The notes under the pieces: generated by a model
Told to the model about the DNA's origin: nothing
The model's input: the letters and a program-made list of their open reading frames with translations, nothing else
The model's database searches: none
Shown: positions 52,651 to 64,000 of the stretch, one piece after another
Layout: every line of letters starts with the position of its first letter
How positions within the stretch are numbered: position 1 is the first letter of the stretch
Made by a program: the position numbers and the translations under genes
Source of the DNA: Macrostomum lignano
Taxonomy: Eukaryota
DNA length: 64,000 nt
Assembly: GCA_002269645.1 (NCBI GenBank)
Contig: NIVC01001569.1
Coordinates: 1-64,000, forward strand
Direction of reading: 5' to 3'

Positions 52651-55600
52651 ATGCAGCAATTTTATTTCATCAAGTTGACTGTCATCATAGGCCTCCTGCT
52701 GGCTCCGGAGCTCGGCCACGGCTTCATCGGGACTCTGGGCGGCAGAGACCGCGGCGCTGTGAGACTTTGCTCAATTATATACTTCTGTTAGCACAGCTTC
52801 AAGAATCTTGTTGGCCTCGTTTCGACGCCAATTTTAGTCTTTATGGCGCCTCTTAAGAGTCTCTTTGGCGCCCCCTAAGATCGTCTTTGGCGCCCCTTTA
52901 GAGTCTCTTTGGCGCCCCTTAAAGAATCCCTTTGGCGCCCTTTTAGAGTCTCTTTGGCGCCCCTTAAGGAATCCCTTTGGCGCCCCTTTTAGAGTCTCTT
53001 TGGCGCCCCTTAAGGAATCCCTTTGGCGCCCCTAAGGAATCCATTTGGCGCCCTTTTAGAGTCTTTTTGGCGCCCCTTAAGGAATCCCTTTGGCGCCCCT
53101 TTTAGAGTCTCTTTGGCGCCCCCTAAGAGTCTCCGGCGCCTCTTAAGAGACTTTAGTGCCCCTTAACCTTCTTACGTTCCCTCTGCTGACGAGCCCTCAT
53201 CAACACTGCAAAATGCGGATGATGTTTGTGCAAGCAGACCGGTGACCTCAGAGTCTCAAATCAAGATCAGAGAGCTTACAAAATCTCGCCATCAACAGCC
53301 CATTGTGAGGGCCAAGGCCTGCACAGTCCACAGGCTCTTAGAAGAGAAAATCACCGTTGAGTTTATTAAAACCGCCAACCCCTGTTCCCCTGTTGCGCGC
53401 CAAATATTGCTGCTATTCCTGACACCTCCGCTGCCTTAGCCGGTTGAGAGCTGATTGAAATGAACTGAACGGCCGGCTCTTTTTTATGAGTTTTCTTTGC
53501 CTGGCTCAGATGATATATTGCCACTGCAATCCAATGTTAATCAGGACCTCCGTCCATTTACTCTACTTTTTCTTTCTAGCCAATAAGATTCGCGATTAAG
53601 AAGGAAAGATTTCAAGGCTTCATTTAGATCAAAATTTGGTATTCGAATTTGTCTTTTTCGCTGCTGTGTTTTAGAGAGGGTGTTAGAGAGGGTGTTAGAG
53701 AGGGTGTTAGAGAGGGTGTTAGAGAGGGTGTTAGAGAGGATGTTAGAGAGTGTGTTAGAGCGGGCGTTAGAGAGGGTGTTAGAGAGGGTGTTAGAGCGGG
53801 CGGTAGAGAGGGTGTTAGAGAGGGTGTTAGAGAGTGTGTTAGAGCGGGTGTTAGAGAGGGTGTTAGAGCGGGTGTTAGAGAGGGTGTTAGAGAGGGTGTT
53901 AGAGCGGGTGTTAGAGAGGGTGTTAGAGAGGGTGTTAGAGCGGGTGTTAGAGAGGGTGTTAGAGCGGGCGTTAGAGAGGGTGTTAGAGAGGGTGTTAGAG
54001 CGGGTGTTAGAGAGGGTGTTAGAGCGGGTGTTAGAGAGGGTGTTAGAGAGGGTGTTAGAGCGGGTGTTAGAGAGGGTGTTAGAGAGGGTGTTAGAGCGGG
54101 TGTTAGAGAGGGTGTTAGAGCGGGCGTTAGAGAGGGTGTTAGAGAGGGTGTTAGAGCGGGTGTTAGAGAGGGTGTTAGAGCGGGTGTTAGAGAGGGTGTT
54201 AGAGAGGGTGTTAGAGGGTGGTAGAGAGGGTGTTAGAGAGGGTGTTAGAGAGGGTGTTAGAGAGGGTGTTAGAGAGTGTTAGAGCGGGCGTTAGAGAGGG
54301 TGTTAGAGAGGGTGTTAGAGAGGGTGTTAGAGGGTGTTAGAGAGGGTGTTAGAGAGGGTGTTAGAGAGGGTGTTAGAGAGGGTGTTAGAGAGTGTTAGAG
54401 CGGGCGTTAGAGAGGGTGTTAGAGAGGGTGTTAGAGAGGGTGTTAGAGGGTGTTAGAGAGGGTGTTAGAGAGGGTGTTAGAGAGGGTGTTAGAGAGGGTG
54501 TTAAACAGGGTGTTGGAAAGCGTGTTACAAATTGTGTTAAACAGGTTTCTGGAGAGGGTGTTAGAAAAGGTATTAGAAAAGGTCTTCTAAGTAGTCAGCT
54601 ATTAGCTACAGTGTACCCGAATCAGCCACCCGTAAAAGGCAAGTGTCCGCATGCCAGTCATCTATCCAATAAGCCACTTCACGTCACTTTTGATTCCATA
54701 ATTAGCTAATGCAAATTATCATCAGTCAGTCGTGCATCATCTATCCAGCTCTAGAGAGCATCTCAACAACCAAACTGCACCCGCAGTGCGAACGGGACGG
54801 CGGCCTCTGCTACACCGAGGACGCCTGCTGTACCGACTACAGCTGTCAGAAGGCCAGCCATGGTTTGTCTCTGCTGACTCTGCGGATTGCGGCTGCTGCT
54901 GGTTGGGTGCTGACAATATGCTAGCGGGATCGATAGCACTTTCTGACCTACTCTCTAGCTCTAGCCTACTCTCTAGCCTACTTTCTAACCTACTCTCTAG
55001 CCTACTCTCTGATCTACTCTCTGACCTACTCTCTAGCCTACTCTCTGACCTACTCTCTAGCCCACTCTCTAGCGTACTATCTAGCCTACTCTCTGACCTA
55101 CTCTCTAACCTTCTCTCTGACCTACTTTCTAGCCTACTCCCTAACCTACTCTCTAACCTACTCCCTAACCTACTCCCTAACCTACTCACTAACCTATTCT
55201 CTAGCCTACTCTCTAGCCTACTCTTTAGCCTACTCTCTGACCTACTCTCCAACCTACTCTCTAACCTACTCTCCAACCTACTCAACAACCTACTCTCCAA
55301 CCTACTCTATAACTGAGTTCTCTATTATTTCAAACCAACTTGACACAGTTATAACTGTAGTAACTAAAACTCTAAAATCATATTTCTGTTATCTCCACAG
55401 TTGAAAGAAGTTTCTAGAAACTGTAGAAAATGAGCTGCATGCTAAACTACTGCTCTGCCCTGAAATAGCGGATGTGTCCAGCTCTGCTGCAGCTTGCCTG
55501 AGACAATTCTGCACAGCCAAGCTAAATCCATCAGAAAGAATTTGATCGATGACAGTCGACAAGATGATAAATCATATTTTTAACGATCAGAAAAAGGAAA

Positions 55601-57026
55601 AAACTTTTTTAACTGGTTCAGAGACACGATCTCTAATGATCTTGGTGAAGCCCAGAAACTGCTCGCGTTCAAGTTTATTGGTGACGGGGATGAGCACTGC
55701 CGCTCGGTGCTAGACTCAAGAAAATATGCAGCTTTAGTTTTGCTGCGTTAGTCTGCTCACTGGGTTAGAGAGTAGCTTAGAGAGTAGGTTAGAGAGTAGG
55801 TTGGGGAGTAGATCAGAGATTAGGTTGGGGAGTAGGTTAGAGAGTAGGTCAGAGAGTAGGTTAGAGAGTAGGTTGGAGAGTAGGTTAGAGTAGGTTACAG
55901 AGTAGGTTGGAGAGTAGTTCAGAGAGTAAGCTAGAGAGTAGGTCAGAGAGTAGGTTAGAGAGTAGGTTGGAGAGTAGGTTAGAGTAGGTTAGAGAGTAGG
56001 TTAGAGAGTAGGTTGGAGAGTAGGTCAGAGAGAAGGTTGGGGAGTAGGTTAGAGAGTAGGTTAGAGAGTAGTTTAGAGAGCAGGCTAGAGAGTAGGGAGA
56101 GTAGAGTAGATCAGAGAGTAGGTTAGAGAGTAGATCAGAGAGTAGGTTAGAGAGTAGGTTAGAGAGTAGATCAGAGAGTAGGTTAGAGAGTAGGTTAGAG
56201 AGTAGATCAAAGAGTAGGTTAGAGAGTAGATCAGAGAGTAGGTTAGAGAGTAGATCAGAGAGTAGGTTAGAGAGTAGGTTAGAGAGTAGGTTAGAGAGTA
56301 GCTCGGAGAGAAGTCTTAGTTGGGAGCCTGTTTCATGTTGCTGTTTATTTGCAGAATATGGGATGTCAGGCTGGGTTCACACGAGCAAACAAATGAATCA
56401 GGAAGCCATGGTGGAGATTGCTTCTCACTGGCAATTCAGTCTGTCGCTCTTCCCCAATTCCTCTCAATTTCTGCTTACAATTTCGCCTGAAAATCCACTA
56501 GCGTGTTTTGAAGGTAGTAGAGTTTTGGTTTTAAAACAAACTTGAAAAAATATTTCTGCGCATTCATATAGTGGCTCAAGGTTCGATGATGTTGGAAACG
56601 CAAAAACAATAGGAAAAAAGATACGAGCGTACGAGCTATTCGCATCATTGCGCTAGCAAGAATCGCTAGCAATGGCATTCTACATTTATTGCATGTCATA
56701 TGGTTTTGCTGTTTTACGACTTCTCAAATCCGCACTCCGCAGCCGCTTCCGGTCGCTGCACGCCAACAAAAGCTCGCCTGCTAGAAGATTCCGATTACGA
56801 AGCCAAGCAAGGCGGAGGCGGCGGCATCGGCGGTTCATCAAGCGACGCTTGTTCGGGAAATTCCGACTGCCCTCCCGGCCAGTGCTGCGGGATGGAATTC
56901 TACGGCCCAAGGGCCTTAGCCTATCGACGGGTGTGCAAACCGGCTAGCGCAGATTCCGATTGTCCCACTGGCAGCGGAGTGGAGCAGAATCTGTTCAACC
57001 AGTACTATAGTGGACTGTTCCGTTAA
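52651..57026 (+). CDS. Putative secreted cysteine-rich protein: signal peptide + ICK knottin + second 6-Cys module
   Basis: Exon 52651-52758 encodes MQQFYFIKLTVIIGLLLAPELGHG/FIGTLGGRDRGA (signal-peptide-like, GTGAG donor). Candidate bridging exon 53238-53304 (phase 0 to 1). Exons 54749-54862 and 56743-57026 join in phase 1 to complete C-x6-C-x5-CC-x4-C-x10-C (CERDGGLCYTEDACCTDYSCQKASH|AASGRC), followed by a Gly/Ser linker and CSGNSDCPPGQCC...VCKPASADSDC. The link to exon 1 is inferred. Confidence 0.6.
52840..53160. repeat. About 22-bp minisatellite (TTGGCGCCCCTTAAGAGTCTCT)
   Basis: Intron 1 of the putative knottin gene. Confidence 0.85.
53670..54540. repeat. 12-bp minisatellite (GTTAGAGAGGGT)
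   Basis: About 70 copies. Confidence 0.93.
54942..56302. repeat. Inverted pair of 12-bp arrays: (CTACTCTCTAAC)n 54942-55313 and (GTTAGAGAGTAG)n 55763-56302
   Basis: The units and their variants (CTGAC/GTCAG, CTAGC/GCTAG, CCAAC/GTTGG) are exact reverse complements; 450-bp unique spacer. Confidence 0.88.
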
Positions 57027-57148
57027 TTATTGCCCACTGTTAAGCTTTGACTTTAGGTACTGGGAAAATCAACGAGCGACGAAATTTGCAGGGGTGGATA
57101 ACCAAGCTATGTGGCTTGAGTATGTACATTTGTGCGTGAAATTTTATC

Positions 57149-57792
57149 ACCCCATAGTCTGGCCCTAGATTGCTAGCACCACCCCACTCCGCGCCTGGAT
57201 GAACGCTTGTTTTCTTATCGTTGGCTACCCCCCTCCCATAGTCTGGCCCTAGATTGCTAGCACCACCCCACTCCGCGCCTGAATGAACGCTTGTTTTATT
57301 ATCGTTGGCTACCCCCCTCCCATAGTCTGGCCCTAGATTGCTAGCACCACCCCACTCCGCGCCTGAATGAACGCTTGTTTTATTATCGTTGGCTACCCCC
57401 CTCCCGTAGTCTGGCCCAATTAGATTGCTAGCCCCACCCAACTCCGCGCCTGAATGAACGCTTGTTTTATTATCGTTGGCTACCCCCCTCCCATAGTCTG
57501 GCCCTAGATTGCTAGCACCACCCCACTCCGCGCCTGAATGAACGCTTGTTTTATTATCGTTGGCTACCCCCCTCCCATAGTCTGGCCCTAGATTGCTAGC
57601 ACCACCCCACTCCGCGCCTGAATGAACGCTTGTTTTATTATCGTTGGCTACCCCCCTCCCATAGTCTGGCCCTAGATTGCTAGCACCACCCCACTCCGCG
57701 CCTGAATGAACGCTTGTTTTATTATCGTTGGCTACCCCCCTCCCGTAGTCTGGCCCAATTAGATTGCTAGCCCCACCCAACTCCGCGCCTAG
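57149..57792. repeat. 84/87-bp minisatellite
   Basis: About 7.5 copies starting CATAGTCTGGCCCTAGATTGCTAGCACCACCCCACTCCGCGCC. Confidence 0.92.
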
Positions 57793-58603
57793 ATTTATGC
57801 CTGTCTTCTCTTTCCCTGTAATTCTACTGCTACAGTCTAACTGGCTTACACCCACCCCACTCCGCAAGTGTACACTTGCTCTATCAGCCGGGCCCCGTAT
57901 CAACCAATCGAAGAGCGGATAGCTTCAGAAAAATAATTAAGTGGTTAAAAGCTGGAAACATTAGTAAGGCTATGTGCATTTGCTTCTGTCGAACAGAAAC
58001 CAGGCAGTGCCGTAATTTTCGAGTACCTGAAGATCCTATAAACCTAATTAAATTATCTAGATGAGGCTTAAATCGTCTTTACTCGCAGCGGAAATACGAG
58101 TTGTCACCTTTTGCAATTAAATAAAAGCAAGAAATGGTTTTAAACTATGATGAAGCATCAAATTTTATTTACGGCCTTCTTGAATATTTTTACATATCAG
58201 CATTCTATACTACTGCTAGTTTAGTTAGTAGACTATTTGAGAAATTTCTAAAGTCTAAAAAGTTTATATGCTTTCGAATATCACAGATTTTAGCGCCGCC
58301 GTCCGCATGCGAAATCCAGGTTTTAGGTGCGCTGTGTTTTTCTACCTTTCTAATTCTATCTACACAAAAAAGTTTTCTTTAAATCTAAATTTAGACTCAA
58401 GTTAGACGCATTCTGCTTATGATAACAATAGCCGCAGGATTGTACGAGAGTGTGCTAGTGCTATAGTAGGTGTTTCTGCAAGGTAAGAAGTTTTTTCTAA
58501 TGAGCTACCAAAACCGGTACCTCAGTCGTCATCAACAGCCGTCATCACTAGTCCGGCTTGAAAACAATCTTCATCGCAAGTCAAACGCTGACTCCAAAAG
58601 TCA

Positions 58604-61094
58604 TCACACGGCGTCACCGACGTTCGACATGTTGACAATAAAATGTCGCCATTCGAGTCTTTGCAGGGTCTTCGATTGCCGGCCGGCTTGTCTGAGCAGG
58701 GAATGCCAGGGTATGAGCAGACTCAGGCCCAGCCATCTGATCTCCAGCCGCAGCAGAACCGATTGGGCCAGCGAGCTCGGCTGCCTCAGTCGAGTCAGGG
58801 TGACGCAATTGCCGCCGTCATTAACGTCGGAGTGAAAGCAGAAGTGCTGGCTCTTGGCCAACTCCCATCGGGCGCCCCCGGAGCCGTTGTGTTGCTGCCA
58901 CCAGTCAGCGTGAACCTCCACTCCGGCACTCGGTGGCTCTGTACAGCTGCGGGAGTCGAACTCGGGGCCTAGTTCCACCTTGAGCAGGTAGCAGCGAAGC
59001 TGAGTACCGTTTGAGCTGGCCGACAGGCCGAGCAGAGCCCTCGCTGCTGCTGAACAGGACTTCGGAAACCTTCGAGTGGAGTCTGAGATTTCGGTTGACA
59101 TGGCGATGCAGCCTGAAAGTAAGCAGATTGGGGCGATGACAGACGGGGATCCTGAATCTGAGATCCCAATTCTGAGATCCCGAATAGGAGATCCTGAATC
59201 TGAGATCCCGAATCTGAGATCCCGAATTTGAGATCCCGAATTTGAGATCCCTAATCTGAGATCCCGAATTTGAGATCCCGAATTTGAGATCCCGAATCTG
59301 AGATCCCGAATTTGAGATCCCGAATTTGAGATCCCGAATCTGAGATCCCTGAAATCTGAAACCTTGAGATCCCGAATCTGAGATCCCGAATTTGAGATCC
59401 CGAATTTGAGATCCCTAATCTAAAATCCCGGATCTGAGATCCCGAATTTGAGATCCCGAATCTGAGATCCCGAATCTGAGATCCCGAATCTGAGATCCCG
59501 AATCTGAGATCCCGAATCTGAGATCCCGAATCTGAGATCCCGAATCTGAGATCCCGAATCTGAGATCCCGAATCTGAGATCCCGAGTCTGAGATCCCGAA
59601 TCTGAGATCCCGAATTTGAGATCCCGAATCTGAGATCCCGAATCTGAGATCCCGAATCTGAGATCCCTAATCTAAAATCCCGGATCTGAGATCCCGAATC
59701 TGAGATCCCGAATCTGAGATCCCGAATCTGAGATCCCGAATCTGAGATCCCGAATCTGAGATCCCGAATCTGAGATCCCGAATCTGAGATCCCGAATCTG
59801 AGATCCCGAATCTGAGATCCCGAATCTGAGATCCCGAATCTGAGATCCCGAGTCTGAGATCCCGAATCTGAGATCCCGAATTTGAGATCCCGAATCTGAG
59901 ATCCCGAATCTGAGATCCCGAATCTGAGATCCCTAATCTAAAATCCCGGATCTGAGATCCCGAATCTGAGATCCCGAATCTGAGATCCCGAATCTGAGAT
60001 CCCGAATCTGAGATCCCGAATCTGAGATCCCGAATCTGAGATCCCGAATCTGAGATCCCGAATCTGAGATCCCGAATCTGAGATCCCGAATCTGAGATCC
60101 CGAATCTGAGATCCCGAATCTGAGATCCCGAATCTGAGATCCCGAATCTGAGATCCCGAATCTGAGATCCCGAATCTGAGATCCCGAATCTGAGATCCCG
60201 AATCTGAGATCCCAAATCTGAGATCCCGAATCTGAGATCCCGAATCTGAGATCCCGAATCTGAGATCCCGAATCTGAGATCCCGAATCTGAGATCCCGAA
60301 TCTGAGATCCCGAATCTGAGATCCCGAATCTGAGATCCCGAATCTGAGATCCCGAATCTGAGATCCCGAATCTGAGATCCCGAATCTGAGATCCCGAATC
60401 TGAGATCCCAAATCTGAGATCCCGAATTTGAGATCCCAAATCTGAGATCCCGAATTTGAGATCCCAAATCTGAGATCCCGAATTTGAGATCCCTAATCTA
60501 AAATCCCTAATCTAAAATTCCGAATCTGAGATCCCGAATCTGAGATCCCGAATCTGATATCCCTGAAATCTGAAACCTTGAGATCCCGAATCTGAGATCC
60601 CGAATTTGAGATCCCGAATCTGAGATCCCGAATTTGAGATCCCTAATCTAAAATCCCTAATCTAAAATCCCTAATCTCAAATTCGGAATCTGAGATCATG
60701 AAACAAGCAACTCAGGCTTACTGTGTCTCATTTTCCGATGCTCTTCCTCGCAGCAATGACCGATCAATCCGAATTCTTCAAGCAATTTGTAGCAGACCGG
60801 ATCGCACGGATCCAAGCAATCTTGCTGCTTCTGCGGCTGCTTGCACTCTTGCTGATATTGCAGAGAGCAAGTATCTATTAGATTGGTCGGCAGATTGACA
60901 GTTTTGACTTCAACAGAGGGCTGCTGTTGCTGATGCTTCTGCTGTCGAGTGTTCAGCCATCTCAGCAGCAGGAAACGAATCGCAATGATGGTAAAAACGA
61001 TGCCTGCTAAAGAAGCCGTGCAGACCAGAGCAATGGTCAGAGCCCTGGTCAGCTGATGCGAATGCATGGCTGATGCTGTCTGCAGGATTTTCAT
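58604..61094 (-). CDS. Putative single-pass membrane protein with degenerate C2-like domain (synaptotagmin-like topology)
   Basis: Exons 61094-60722 and 59112-58604 join in phase 1 (A|GTAAG ... CTTTCAG|GC) across the 14-bp minisatellite intron, giving about 293 aa. Hydrophobic N-terminal segment ALTIALVCTASLAGIVFTIIAIRFLLL followed by basic residues. The C-terminal region loosely resembles synaptotagmin C2A (LLGLSASSNGTQLRCYLLKVEL ... LEWRHF). Confidence 0.5.
59148..60697. repeat. 14-bp minisatellite (GAGATCCCGAATCT)
   Basis: About 110 copies filling the intron of the - strand TM-C2 gene. Confidence 0.95.
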
Positions 61095-61429
61095 TTAAGT
61101 GAAGAATATATTAACTGTCCACATCCGTCATTTATTTATCTGAAGAATGCAATAATGATAAAATGTTTTACTTTCTACTTAGTAGTCACATCAGTAGAGT
61201 AAGCAGCGCGTGCGCGTACTTTGCATTGTGCACTATAAATACGAGTATTTTAATCGATTGGTTCTGAACAGCTAAGAGGACTGAATAGAGAAATTTTATC
61301 CTAATTATCGCCTGGGCCCTTTTGTTTCAAGAGGGAGCTGGGCTAAAAGTTTATATTTTACAAATCTTCTGTAAAAACTTGCTAAGAAAAAATTTACCGA
61401 TGCAAAAACAGCGATACGGAATTGCCATC

Positions 61430-63830
<2,401 letters not shown>

Positions 63831-64000
63831 CTTCTCCCAGTCTCCCAACATTTTTTTCTTGCAGCCAATTTTCACAGATATTCATCCTCAATCCTCAATC
63901 AGGAATTTCTAATTCAAAACGGAATTACAGCTCGAACCGGCCAATCAGCCATTCCTTGCCTGAATTCTGGCCTTTCTTGATGATAATTTCTTTTGCAATT

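Noticed and set aside
53190-53245. TGC GGA TGA TGT TTG TGC read as CGUCLC (selenocysteine)
   Set aside because: No SECIS identified, another TGA just upstream, and a simpler acceptor at 53237 explains the frame.

Overview
Eukaryotic, intron-rich, AT-rich genomic DNA with GC-rich exons and a very high load of intronic minisatellites. This architecture suggests a free-living flatworm such as Macrostomum (inference only). By splicing exons manually (GT-AG sites, phase-consistent) I reconstructed five recognisable + strand genes: the 3' part of an LNX1/2-like multi-PDZ gene, a KDM3/JMJD1/Hairless-family JmjC gene that lacks all three Fe(II) ligands, a CDK4/6-like kinase with a DFN motif, UBL3 and ARL15. 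Two orphan genes were also assembled: a secreted protein with an ICK knottin plus a second 6-Cys module (+), and a single-TM protein with a degenerate C2-like domain (-). Mobile DNA includes a 5'-truncated Penelope-like element whose 266-bp inverted terminal repeats each carry a hammerhead ribozyme, two tRNA-derived SINE families and several MITE-like elements. Nearly all long ORFs in the supplied track are artefacts of stop-free tandem repeats. No CRISPR array, rRNA or bona fide tRNA gene was found. All protein comparisons are from recalled family consensus, not from database searches.
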